NCBI GenBank assembly: GCA_964521905.1
Contig: CAZFUQ010000002.1
Coordinates: forward strand, 1 to 45,404
Length of the DNA stretch: 45,404 bases
DNA from: an uncultured Cellulosimicrobium sp.
GTDB taxonomy: Bacteria > Actinomycetota > Actinomycetes > Actinomycetales > Cellulomonadaceae
Reading direction: 5' to 3'
A program made the position numbers and the translations under genes. How positions within the stretch are numbered: position 1 is the stretch's first letter; every line of letters starts with the position of its first letter. The notes under the pieces are model-generated. The model worked only from the letters and a program-made list of their open reading frames with translations, searched no databases and was not told the origin of the DNA. Below, in pieces: positions 27,853-37,104 of the stretch.

Positions 27853-28788
27853 TCAGGCGGGCGGCGGGTCGACCGGCGGTCCACCCGGCCCGACGGCGTC
27901 CGACGACGGTCCGCTGCCCGGCTCGCCCGGACGCGCGGTCATCACGATCGCGCCGGAGACGAGCACGAGGCCGGCGAGCTCGGGAAGCGTCGGGACCTGC
28001 TGGAGGACGACGGCGCCCACCACTGCGGCCGTGGCGGGGAGCAGGGCGAGCAGGACCGAGAACGTCGCGGCGCTCACCCGACGCAGGATCACCTGCTCGA
28101 GCGCGTACGGCACGACGGACGAGAACAGCGCGATGGCGGCCACGGCCAGCGCGACACCCCCGTCCGTCAGCACGGGCACGGCCGAGCGCGCCAGGAACGG
28201 TGCGAAGGCCAGCGCACCGATCGTCATCGCGACCGACAACGAGGTGACTCCGGAGCCGGCGACCGCGACCCGCCGGCCCAGCAGGATGTACGCCGCCCAG
28301 CACGCGGCGGCGACCCCGATCGCGGCGAGCCCGAGGACGGCGTCCTCGCGTGGCAGGTCGGACCCGATCGTCACACCGGCGAGGAGCACGACTCCCGCCG
28401 CGGCGACCGCGATCCCACCGCGCTCGCGCCACCCGCGGCCCGTGATCGCCGCGACCGCGACGGGGCCGAGGAACTCGATCGCGACGGCCGTCCCCAGCGG
28501 GAGGTGGCCGATCGCGACGTAGAAGGCGACGTTCATCGTCGCGAGCGCGACACCGAAGACCGCGACCCAGCCGAGGTCGTGCCGCGTCCATCGGAGCCGC
28601 CACGGACGACGCCACGCGAGGAGCAGGACGGCGGACGCGGCGATCCGCAGCCACCCCACCTCGACCGCCCCCGCGACGGCGAACAACCCGACCGCGATCG
28701 CCGCACCCAGGTACTGCGTCAGCCCGGAGACGACGAACAGCGCGGGCGCGGGCACCCGCTCGAGCGCGGCAGCAGGACGGGCAGGCAC
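27853..28788 (-). CDS. EamA/RhtA-like DMT transporter
   Basis: QYLGAAIA, FYVAIGHLPLGTAVAIEFLGP and SSVVPYALE, with about 10 TM segments. Confidence 0.9.
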   Translation of the reverse strand: MPARPAAALERVPAPALFVVSGLTQYLGAAIAVGLFAVAGAVEVGWLRIAASAVLLLAWRRPWRLRWTRHDLGWVAVFGVALATMNVAFYVAIGHLPLGTAVAIEFLGPVAVAAITGRGWRERGGIAVAAAGVVLLAGVTIGSDLPREDAVLGLAAIGVAAACWAAYILLGRRVAVAGSGVTSLSVAMTIGALAFAPFLARSAVPVLTDGGVALAVAAIALFSSVVPYALEQVILRRVSAATFSVLLALLPATAAVVGAVVLQQVPTLPELAGLVLVSGAIVMTARPGEPGSGPSSDAVGPGGPPVDPPPA

Positions 28789-28912
28789 CCGACGACTCTA
28801 GGCGCACGCGGCCGTCCGCCCGGCGGCGACGGACGGGATGCCGCACGGACAGACGCGAGCCGACGGACGAGCGGTGGTGGACGCGAACGGCTCGCCCCCG
28901 CGCCGAGGAGGA

Positions 28913-29881
28913 TCAGCCCTTGACCGACCCCGCGAGCAGGCCGCGCACGAAGTAGCGCTGGAGCGCGACGAACACCACGAGCGGGACGATCATCGAGATG
29001 AACGCGCCCGCCGTGAGGAGGTGCCAGTCCCCTCCGCGCGAGCCGGCCATCTCGGCGATGGCGACCGTGAGAGGACGGTAGGGCGTGTCCGCGAACGTGA
29101 GGCCGACGAGCAGGTCGTTCCACACCCAGAGGAACTGGAAGATCGCGAACGACGCGATCGCCGGGACGAGGAGCGGCATGAGCACCTGGAAGAAGATCTT
29201 CACGTGCCCGGCCCCGTCGACGCGCGCGGCCTCGACGAGCGAGCGTGGGATGTCCTTCATGAAGTTGTGCAGCAGGAAGATCGCGAGCGGCAGCGCGAAG
29301 ATCGAGTGCGAGAGCCACACGGTCCAGAACGTCCCGTTGATGCCGAGGCTGACGAAGTCGCTCAGGAGCGGGACGAGCGCGACCTGCAGCGGCACGACCT
29401 GCAGGGCGAAGACCGCGACGAACAGGATGTTGCGCCCCCGGAAGTCGATCCAGGCGAACGCGTAGGCCGCGAGCAGCGCGATGGTGATCGGGATGACGAC
29501 CGCGGGGAGCGTGATGACGAACGAGTTGACGAAGTACGTCGCGAGGTTCGTGCCCCGCCCGTAGAGCGCCTCGTCGTAGTTGTCGAGCGTGAACTCCGCC
29601 TCGCCGGTGAACAGGCCGGGGATGACCGTCCACCAGCCGCTGCGGCGGATGTCGAGCTCGGGCCGGAACGACGTGACCAGCAGACCGACCGACGGGACGG
29701 TCCACAGGATGGCGATGAGGATCGCGAGGAACGACGCCCAGGGAGAGCTGAGCTTGCCCTTCGCCGCGATCGCGCGCCTCTCGAGCCGGGAGAGCTTGCG
29801 CGGGCGGCTGGATCCCTCGAGCTCGGCCTCGGTGGTGAGGTCGGTCTCGGGGACGACCGGAGGGAGCGGCGTGCTGGTCAT
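28913..29881 (-). CDS. Carbohydrate ABC permease (MalG-type)
   Basis: EAA loop LVEAARVDGA, FLWVWNDLL and QRYFVRGLLAGSVKG; ATGA overlap with the upstream permease. Confidence 0.93.
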   Translation of the reverse strand: MTSTPLPPVVPETDLTTEAELEGSSRPRKLSRLERRAIAAKGKLSSPWASFLAILIAILWTVPSVGLLVTSFRPELDIRRSGWWTVIPGLFTGEAEFTLDNYDEALYGRGTNLATYFVNSFVITLPAVVIPITIALLAAYAFAWIDFRGRNILFVAVFALQVVPLQVALVPLLSDFVSLGINGTFWTVWLSHSIFALPLAIFLLHNFMKDIPRSLVEAARVDGAGHVKIFFQVLMPLLVPAIASFAIFQFLWVWNDLLVGLTFADTPYRPLTVAIAEMAGSRGGDWHLLTAGAFISMIVPLVVFVALQRYFVRGLLAGSVKG

Positions 29882-30867
29882 CGGATCTCCTCCGCGAGAC
29901 GCATCTGACGGACGTTGTAGATGATGATCGGCACGACGAGGATGAACAGGATGACCGCGAGGGCGGAGCTCAGGCCCTGGTTGTTCTGCCGGAAGGCCTG
30001 GGTGTAGAACTCGTTCGCGACGACCTGGGTGCCGAACTGCCCGCCGGTCATCGTCCGGACGATGTCGAAGATCTTCAGCGTCGCCATGGCGATGGTCGTG
30101 AGGACCACGACCAGTGCCGGCCGGACGCTCGGGATGGTGATGTGGCGGAACATCCCGAAGCCCTTGAGCCCGTCGAGGCGCGCCGCCTCGACGATGTCGT
30201 CCGGGATGGCCTTGATCGCGGCCGAGAGGATCGTCATGGCGAAACCGGTCTGGATCCAGATCATCACCACGATGAGGAAGAACGTGTTCGCCGGCTGCCC
30301 GATGAGGAACTGCTGCGGCTCCAGGCCGATCCACACGAGCACCTGGTTGAGCAGGCCGGTCTGCTTGACGCCCGGCTGGTCCGGCTTGAACTCGTAGACG
30401 AACTTCCAGATGATCGACGCGCCCACCATCGAGATGGCCATCGGCAGGAAGACGAGTGCCTTGGCGAGCTTCTCGAACCGGGTGCGGTCCACCAGGACGG
30501 CGTAGACGACCCCGATGAGCGTCGACAGGAGCGGGACCGCGACGACCCAGATCGCGGTGTTGCGCAGGACGAGCTGGAACTGGTCCGTCGTGAACGCCGT
30601 GACGTAGTTGTCCAGCCCGACGAACGAGTTGCCGCGGCGGTCGAAGAACGAGTTCCAGACGGTGATGAGCGCGGGCCGGACGAGACCCCACGCCAGCCCG
30701 ATCACCGCGGGCCCCACGAACCCGAGCACGACCACCCAGCGAGGGACCCTCTTGGGCTTGTCCACGGCGAGCAGGATCGCCCCCATGATGACGACGAACA
30801 GCACGATCGCCAGGATCATCAGCCCGAACTTCCCGGCGGGGGAGCTCGGTTCGGTCAACCAGTCCAT
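29878..30867 (-). CDS. Carbohydrate ABC permease (MalF-type)
   Basis: FVGLDNY, FLPMAIS, WIQTGFAM and IVEAARLDG. GGAGG precedes ATG 30867. Confidence 0.93.
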   Translation of the reverse strand: MDWLTEPSSPAGKFGLMILAIVLFVVIMGAILLAVDKPKRVPRWVVVLGFVGPAVIGLAWGLVRPALITVWNSFFDRRGNSFVGLDNYVTAFTTDQFQLVLRNTAIWVVAVPLLSTLIGVVYAVLVDRTRFEKLAKALVFLPMAISMVGASIIWKFVYEFKPDQPGVKQTGLLNQVLVWIGLEPQQFLIGQPANTFFLIVVMIWIQTGFAMTILSAAIKAIPDDIVEAARLDGLKGFGMFRHITIPSVRPALVVVLTTIAMATLKIFDIVRTMTGGQFGTQVVANEFYTQAFRQNNQGLSSALAVILFILVVPIIIYNVRQMRLAEEIR

Positions 30868-30932
30868 GGTGGCCTCCGGTCTGCACGCCCGCGACGTCGG
30901 AGGGCGGGCGTGGTGTACATCGTGGACCCGGA

Positions 30933-30966
30933 ACGGGGGGTCCGCCACAGTGGGCGGACCCCCCGT
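30933..30966 (-). promoter_or_regulatory. Intercistronic stem-loop after the binding-protein gene
   Basis: ACGGGGGGTCCGCC-ACAGTG-GGCGGACCCCCCGT, a 14-bp perfect stem at the position usual for mRNA-stabilising hairpins in sugar ABC operons. Confidence 0.6.
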
Positions 30967-31010
30967 CCGGTCGTTCCTGGTTCAGGTAGGACGTGGACCG
31001 TCCGTCCCGG

Positions 31011-32420
31011 TCAGGAGGACGGCCAGGACGCCTCGATCGTGTCGACGACCTCCTGCGTGCTCGAGCCGGTGAACCAGTTGACCATCCCGGTCCAGAAGGT
31101 CCCCGCACCGACCTCGCCCGGCATGAGGTCGGACGCGTCGAATCGGATGACGGCGTCGGGGTCGGCGAGGATCTCCGCCGAGAGGCGGTCGAACTCGGTC
31201 GCGAGGTTCTCCGGGTCGAGGCCCGTGTTGGCGCTGACCCAGCCGCCGTTCGGCGTCACGAGGGCCTTCGTGTTGGCCCAGTCCGCGCTCGCGAGGTAGG
31301 TCTGGAAGGCCTGGACCTCAGGACGGTCGTCGAACGCCGCGACGAACTCGCCGCCGCCGAGAACCGGGCTGATGTCGGTCTGGTTGGTCGGGAGGTAGAA
31401 CGCGTAGACGTCACCGTCGGGCGCGACGTCGGTGCCCTCGGGCCACTGGTTCTGGTAGAAGTTCGCGGCCCGGTGCAGCCAGCACGCCCCGTCGAGGATG
31501 CCGAAGCCGGCGTCCGTCCACGGTGTCGTCGCGATGGAGTCGACACCACCGAGGCCCGCGTTGACCATCTCGGGGTTCTTGAGGATCTCGCCCGCCGTGT
31601 CGAACGCGTCGACGATCTGCGGGTCGTTGAACGGGATCTCGTGGGTCACCCACTGGTCGTAGACCTCGGGGCCCGCCGTGCGCAGCACGACGTCCTCGAT
31701 CCAGTCGGTCGCCGGCCAACCCGTCGCGTCGCCGGACTCGATGCCCGCGCACCACGGCATGGCGCTGTCGCCGGCCTGCGCCGACGCCGCGATCTCGTCG
31801 GACAGGTCGATGAGCTCGTCCCACGTCGTCGGGATCTCGTAGCCCGCGTCCTCGAACATCGAGGGCGAGTACCAGACGTACGACTTGACGTTCGCACCGA
31901 GCGGCGCCGCGTAGAACGTGCCGTCGACCGTCCCGTACTCCTTCCACGACTCGCTGAAGAACTCGTCGACGTTCGCGACGGTCGCCTCCGGAGCGGCGAC
32001 GATCTCCCCCGGGAAGTCGGTGACGATCGTCTTGAGCAGGCCCGGCTGCGGGAGGTAGGCGATGTCCGGGGCGTTGCCCGCCTGGACGCGCACGAGGAGC
32101 TGCGCCTCGAACTCTCGCGACCCCTCGTAGTCGATCGTGACACCGGTGCAGTCCTCGAACGGCTCGTACGACGCCTGCTGCTCAGCCTGCTCCGGCTCGA
32201 CGATCGACGTGTAGACGGACACCGACGTGCCCGAGAGGTCGCCGAACTCCTCGTAGGGCGCACAGTCGATCTCGATCGCGGCGGCGTCGCCGCCGTCACC
32301 GCCGTCTCCCCCGTCGTCCCCCCCGCCGCAGGCCGCGAGCACGAGCGCGAGGCTCGCACCACCGGCGGCGACGGCCAGCGTGCGGCGCCGTGCCGCACTG
32401 GTCCTCGTGGTCCTGGTCAT
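31011..32420 (-). CDS. Sugar ABC substrate-binding lipoprotein (alpha-glucoside AglE/GgtB-like)
   Basis: Lipobox LAAC, PQPGL, KSYVWY, PWCAGIESGDATGWPATDWIED and RFDASDLMP. Confidence 0.88.
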   Translation of the reverse strand: MTRTTRTSAARRRTLAVAAGGASLALVLAACGGGDDGGDGGDGGDAAAIEIDCAPYEEFGDLSGTSVSVYTSIVEPEQAEQQASYEPFEDCTGVTIDYEGSREFEAQLLVRVQAGNAPDIAYLPQPGLLKTIVTDFPGEIVAAPEATVANVDEFFSESWKEYGTVDGTFYAAPLGANVKSYVWYSPSMFEDAGYEIPTTWDELIDLSDEIAASAQAGDSAMPWCAGIESGDATGWPATDWIEDVVLRTAGPEVYDQWVTHEIPFNDPQIVDAFDTAGEILKNPEMVNAGLGGVDSIATTPWTDAGFGILDGACWLHRAANFYQNQWPEGTDVAPDGDVYAFYLPTNQTDISPVLGGGEFVAAFDDRPEVQAFQTYLASADWANTKALVTPNGGWVSANTGLDPENLATEFDRLSAEILADPDAVIRFDASDLMPGEVGAGTFWTGMVNWFTGSSTQEVVDTIEASWPSS

Positions 32421-32523
32421 CTCAGCCCTCCACATCGTCGTGGGTCCGATCGCCGCACCCCGGTCCGTGGAGACCGGGCGCACGCGACGTCGCGAGCGCT
32501 GGTGCGCTCCCGCCCTGACCACT

Positions 32524-32539
32524 ATGCAAGCGGTTGCAT
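32524..32539. promoter_or_regulatory. LacI-family operator upstream of the sugar ABC operon
   Basis: ATGCAAGCGGTTGCAT, a near-perfect palindrome with central CG, overlapping minus-strand CATAGT. Confidence 0.7.
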
Positions 32540-32679
32540 CGCATTGCCGCAAGCACAGGAGAGGCGAGTTCGCGTAACGATTGCGTCACATACGTCAAGA
32601 CCGCGCTCTCTCGCGTCGTGGGCGGTGCCCACGCTCCCGCACGGTGCGGGCGGGCGCCCGACGGGTGTCGCGTCGAGGG

Positions 32680-33693
32680 CTACGCGGGCGTCTCGCGGGG
32701 TACGGCCGTGGAGCCCCGACGCACGAGCTCGGTGGGATAGGTGACGCTCTCCGGGACCGGCGCTCCGTTGATCATCTCCATGAGGAGGAGCGCCGCGTCG
32801 AACCCCTGCTGGTAGGCGTCCTGCGCGATCGTCGTGAGTCCGACGAGCTCGCCGAGGTCGTGGCCGTCCACGCCCACGACCGACAGGTCCTGGGGCACGC
32901 GCAGCCCCAGGTCGCGCGCGGCGAGGATCGCGCCCATGGCCATCTCGTCCGACGCCGCGAACACGGCCGTGACGTCGGGCCGCCGCCGCAGGAGCTCGGT
33001 GGTGGAGGTGCGCCCGCCCGCGACGTCGAAGTCGCCGTTGACCGCGAGCTCCCGCTCGACGGCGATGCCCGCGTCCCCGAGCGCCTGCTCGTAGCCCGTC
33101 GACCGCTCGACGGGCGGAGACCACGACGACACGAGGTCGGGCACGCCCGTCACGTGCCCGATCACCCGGTGGCCCAGGTCGAGCAGGTGGCGCGTGGCGG
33201 CCCGCCCGGTCGCGACGTCGTCGAGCCGGACGGTCACCTGGTCGGCCGGCCCGGACCCGACGAAGGCGAGCGGGCGCGCGAGGCCGACGAGCGAGCGCAC
33301 CTCGTCGTCGTCCAGCGGCAGGCCGACGACGAGCGTCCCGTCGACGCGGTGGCGCAGGACGCTCGGGTCGACGCGGCGCCGGGCAGTCGCGCTGCGCACG
33401 TCGAACGTGTAGAGCAGGACGTCGTACCCGAGGTCGCGCAGCGCTCGCTCCGCGCCCTCGATGACGTTGGCGAAGAACCACCGGTTCACCCACGGCGTGA
33501 GGACCCCGATGGTCCGGGTGCGCCCGGTGGCCAGGGACGCGGCCGACGGCGTGGGCACGTACCCGAGACGCGTCGCCTCGGCGAGCACGCGCCGTCGCGT
33601 CGCCTCCGAGACGTTCGGCAGGCCGCGCAGGGCGCGCGAGACGGTCGCCGTGGACACCCCGGCGGCCTGGGCGACGTCGTCGATACCTGCCAC
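32680..33693 (-). CDS. LacI family transcriptional regulator
   Basis: IDDVAQAAGVSTATVSRAL HTH, AASLATGRT, FAASDEMAMG and VPQDLSVVGVD. Confidence 0.94.
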   Translation of the reverse strand: MAGIDDVAQAAGVSTATVSRALRGLPNVSEATRRRVLAEATRLGYVPTPSAASLATGRTRTIGVLTPWVNRWFFANVIEGAERALRDLGYDVLLYTFDVRSATARRRVDPSVLRHRVDGTLVVGLPLDDDEVRSLVGLARPLAFVGSGPADQVTVRLDDVATGRAATRHLLDLGHRVIGHVTGVPDLVSSWSPPVERSTGYEQALGDAGIAVERELAVNGDFDVAGGRTSTTELLRRRPDVTAVFAASDEMAMGAILAARDLGLRVPQDLSVVGVDGHDLGELVGLTTIAQDAYQQGFDAALLLMEMINGAPVPESVTYPTELVRRGSTAVPRETPA

Positions 33694-33759
33694 GACGGGT
33701 GATGCTGCCACGGTCGGCGGGAGGTCGCGAGGTTCCGTGCCACATCGTGAGCAGATCGA

Positions 33760-33773
33760 TGCAAGCGCTTGCG
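33760..33773. promoter_or_regulatory. Second LacI operator (autoregulatory)
   Basis: TGCAAGCGCTTGCG, with a perfect 12-bp core GCAAGCGCTTGC and the same consensus as the 32524 site. Confidence 0.7.
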
Positions 33774-33905
33774 CCCCGGGGAGGCGCCGCACGCGCGGAC
33801 CGCGGCGACGGACTTCGACCGATATCGTGGGGACGCCCCCGCACGCGGGACCCGCGAGCCGGCCACACGCCGTCGGGCACGACCACCCCCACCGGAAGGA
33901 CCACG

Positions 33906-34697
33906 ATGATCGAGCTGAGGACACCGCGGGAGATCGAGCAGATGCGGCCCGCGGGACGGTTCGTCGCCGACGTCCTCACCACCGTGCGCGCCGCCACGAA
34001 GGTCGGGACCAACCTGCTCGAGCTCGACGAGATCGCGCACCGGATGATCCGCGACCGCGGCGCGGAGTCCTGCTACATCGACTACCACCCGTCGTTCGGC
34101 GCGAGCCCCTTCGGCAAGGTCATCTGCACGTCGGTCAACGACGCCGTGCTGCACGGCGTCCCGCACGACTACGCGCTGCGCGACGGCGACCTGCTGAGCA
34201 TCGACTTCGCGGCGTCGGTCGACGGCTGGGTCTCGGACTCCGCGCTGTCGTACGTCGTCGGTGCGCCCCGCGCGGGCGCGCTCGGCGAGGCGGACGCGAA
34301 GCTCATCGAGACGACGGAGCGCGCGCTCGAGGCGGGCATCGCCGCCGCGCAGCCCGGCAAGAAGGTGGGCGACATCTCGGCGGCGATCGCCGACGTCGCG
34401 CACGCCGCCGGCTACTCCGTGAACACCGACTTCGGCGGGCACGGCGTGGGCCGCACGATGCACGGCGAGCCGCACGTGCCCAACGACGGGCGGCGCAAGC
34501 GCGGGTTCCCGCTGAAGCCGGGCCTCGTCATCGCGATCGAGCCGTGGTTCCTCGAGACGACGGACGAGATCTTCACCGACCCCGACGGCTGGACCCTGCG
34601 CTCGGTCGACGGCTCGCGCGGCGCCCACTCCGAGCACACCGTGGCGATCACCCCGGCCGGCCCCGTCATCCTCACCGCGCGCGAGCCGCAGGCGTAG
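33906..34697 (+). CDS. map: Type I methionine aminopeptidase
   Basis: CTSVNDAVLHG, SIDF...DGWVSD, GHGVG..MHGEP, AIEP and AHSEHTV metal-ligand motifs; GGAAGGA RBS. Confidence 0.95.
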   Translation: MIELRTPREIEQMRPAGRFVADVLTTVRAATKVGTNLLELDEIAHRMIRDRGAESCYIDYHPSFGASPFGKVICTSVNDAVLHGVPHDYALRDGDLLSIDFAASVDGWVSDSALSYVVGAPRAGALGEADAKLIETTERALEAGIAAAQPGKKVGDISAAIADVAHAAGYSVNTDFGGHGVGRTMHGEPHVPNDGRRKRGFPLKPGLVIAIEPWFLETTDEIFTDPDGWTLRSVDGSRGAHSEHTVAITPAGPVILTAREPQA

Positions 34698-34822
34698 CGC
34701 CCGCCCGCTCACCGCGCCTCGCCGCACGGCACACCCACGCGCCGCCTCCCCGGACCTCCGGAGGGGCGGCGCGCACGTCTGGCCGGATCTCATGATCCTC
34801 GCTAGCCTGGACGCCAACCCTT

Positions 34823-34835
34823 AAGAAACTTTCTT
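34823..34835. promoter_or_regulatory. AT-rich palindromic operator upstream of the GH5 gene
   Basis: AAGAAA-C-TTTCTT, a perfect 6-1-6 palindrome in GC-rich surroundings. Confidence 0.55.
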
Positions 34836-34922
34836 GTTCGGACCGGCGCCGTCGTCCGAGCCGGGGCAGACAGACCAGGGGGCGCGACGAGGCGACCCCC
34901 AGATCCGAGAGGGAACGACCGC

Positions 34923-36185
34923 ATGAGGAAGAGAACCTTCGCAAGCCTGGTCGCCGGCATGGCGATCGCCGTCCTGCTCGCCCCGTCCGCGGGCGCCGTC
35001 ACCTCCGGGAGCGCCGCACGCGACGTCGCACCGTCCGCCACGGCCGACGCCGCGTGCGCACCCGCGTGGTCGGCGAGCGCCGTCTACGTCGGCGGGGACG
35101 TCGTCTCGCACGGCGGGCAGAACTGGACCGCCGGGTGGTGGACCCAGGGCGAGGCCCCCGGCACCACCGGGGAGTGGGGCGTCTGGCGCGGCGCCGTCCC
35201 GTGCGGCCCGGGCGGGCCCGAGGAGCCGGGTGAGCCGGGCGAGCCCACGGCCGGTACGCCGATCGAGAAGGCGGGCACGCTCCAGGTCTGCGGGACCAGG
35301 CTGTGCGACGAGGACGGCGACCCCGTCCAGCTGCGCGGCATGAGCACGCACGGTCTGCAGTGGTACGGCCGGTGCCTCACCGACTCGGCGCTCGACGCGC
35401 TCGCCGGCGACTGGGGCGCCGACGTGATCCGCCTGTCCACGTACGTGCAGGAGGACGGGTACGAGACGAACCCGACCTACTACACGAACCTCGTGCACAC
35501 CCTCGTCGACAAGGCGTACGCGCGCGGCATGTACGTCATCGTCGACTGGCACATGCTGACGCCGGGCGACCCCTGGTACAACGTCGAGCGGGCCAAGACG
35601 TTCTTCACGGCGATCGCCCAGCGCCACGGCGACAAGGGCACCGTGCTCTACGAGATCGCGAACGAGCCGAACGGCGAGGACGTGAGCTGGAGCGACATCC
35701 GTTCCTACGCCCACGAGATCATCCCGGTGGTCCGTGCCCAGGACCCGGACGGCGTCGTGCTCGTCGGGACGCCCGGCTGGTCCTCGCTCGGCGTCTCCCA
35801 GGGCGACGGCCCGGGCGAGATCGTCGCGAACCCCGTGAACGCCACGAACGTCATGTACACGTTCCACTTCTACGCCGCGACGCACGGCCAGCAGTACCTC
35901 GACGCCCTGGACACCGCCTCGGACTCGCTGCCGGTCTTCGTCACCGAGTTCGGCACGGAGGAGGCCTCGGGCGACGGCGCCGTCGACCTCGCGCGGGCGG
36001 ACCGGTACCTCGACCTCATGGAGGACAAGGACATCAGCTGGGTGAAGTGGAACTTCTCCGACGACCACCGCACGGGAGCGGCGTTCGTCCCCGGCACGTG
36101 CGCGTCCGACGGGCCGTGGAACGGCGCGTCGCTCAAGCCCACCGGCGCGTGGGTCCGCGACCACATCCGCGCCGGGACCCTCTGA
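34923..36185 (+). CDS. Secreted GH5 glycoside hydrolase (subfamily 2-like) with an N-terminal CBM5/12 module
   Basis: Signal peptide; AWSASAVYVGGDVVSHGG.NW.AGWWTQG (CBM5/12); PGEPGEP linker; QLRGMSTHGLQW, IVDWH, YEIANEP (acid/base), FHFY and VFVTEFG (nucleophile). Confidence 0.92.
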   Translation: MRKRTFASLVAGMAIAVLLAPSAGAVTSGSAARDVAPSATADAACAPAWSASAVYVGGDVVSHGGQNWTAGWWTQGEAPGTTGEWGVWRGAVPCGPGGPEEPGEPGEPTAGTPIEKAGTLQVCGTRLCDEDGDPVQLRGMSTHGLQWYGRCLTDSALDALAGDWGADVIRLSTYVQEDGYETNPTYYTNLVHTLVDKAYARGMYVIVDWHMLTPGDPWYNVERAKTFFTAIAQRHGDKGTVLYEIANEPNGEDVSWSDIRSYAHEIIPVVRAQDPDGVVLVGTPGWSSLGVSQGDGPGEIVANPVNATNVMYTFHFYAATHGQQYLDALDTASDSLPVFVTEFGTEEASGDGAVDLARADRYLDLMEDKDISWVKWNFSDDHRTGAAFVPGTCASDGPWNGASLKPTGAWVRDHIRAGTL

Positions 36186-36255
36186 CGCGCTGCCCGCCGA
36201 GGTCGAGCCCTGGTTGCGCCGGGTTCGAGGTCTGGTTCACGGCCCGACCTCGCGG

Positions 36256-37104
36256 TCAGGGGAGGAGGCTGCGCAGGACGGGGACGGCGCCGTCGTCGGC
36301 GATCGAGCCGGTGACCTCGTCGGCGGCGGCCTGGACGACGTCGTCCGCGTGGCCCATGGCCACGCCGCGCGCGGCCCACTGCAGCATCTCGACGTCGTTG
36401 CGTCCGTCACCGATCGCGACGGTGTGGTGGGGCTGCACGTGCAGCGCCCGCCGGACCTGCTCCAGGCCGGTCGCCTTCGTCACGCCCAGCGGCGCGAGAT
36501 CCATCCACGCGGTCCAGCCGACGGCATACGTGACGTCGTCGAGGCCGAGGTGCTCCACGAGCTCGTGGAAGTCCTCGCTCGTCGCCTCGGGCGCGCGCAC
36601 GATGACGCGCGTGACCTCGCCCGACCACAGCTCGTCGAAGTCGACGACCCGGTGCACGCCGTCCAGCTCGCCGTCGGGGAAGAGCTCGTTCATGCGGAAG
36701 CCGACGCCCACGTCCTCGACGGCGTAGCGCGCACCTGGCAGGTGCTCGCGCAGGAGTCGCAGCGCCGGGCCCGGGTCGAACGTCACGACGTCCTCGAGCG
36801 CGTACCCCTCGGGTTCGTCGGGGTCGAGCCGCGCCGTGACCGCGCCGTTGGAGGCGACGACCCGGCCGCGGTCGATCCCGAGGATCTCCGCGACGGGCGT
36901 CATCGCGATGAGCGACCGCCCGGACGCGAGCACCACGTGGTGACCGGCCGCGCGGAGGTCCGCGACGGCGTCGCGCACGTCCTGCGACAGCTCCTGGTCG
37001 TAGGACATGAGCGTGCCGTCGATGTCGAGCGCGACGAGCATCGGCGCCGAGGTGGGGGCGGACGCCGCTCGACCGAGGGCCTCCGCCCCCACCTCGCGGG
37101 TCAC
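36256..37104 (-). CDS. Cof-type HAD hydrolase
   Basis: [20 protein letters not shown] and [11 protein letters not shown]. The start is either GTG 37104 (overlapping the serS stop) or ATG 37041. Confidence 0.9.
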   Translation of the reverse strand: MTREVGAEALGRAASAPTSAPMLVALDIDGTLMSYDQELSQDVRDAVADLRAAGHHVVLASGRSLIAMTPVAEILGIDRGRVVASNGAVTARLDPDEPEGYALEDVVTFDPGPALRLLREHLPGARYAVEDVGVGFRMNELFPDGELDGVHRVVDFDELWSGEVTRVIVRAPEATSEDFHELVEHLGLDDVTYAVGWTAWMDLAPLGVTKATGLEQVRRALHVQPHHTVAIGDGRNDVEMLQWAARGVAMGHADDVVQAAADEVTGSIADDGAVPVLRSLLP

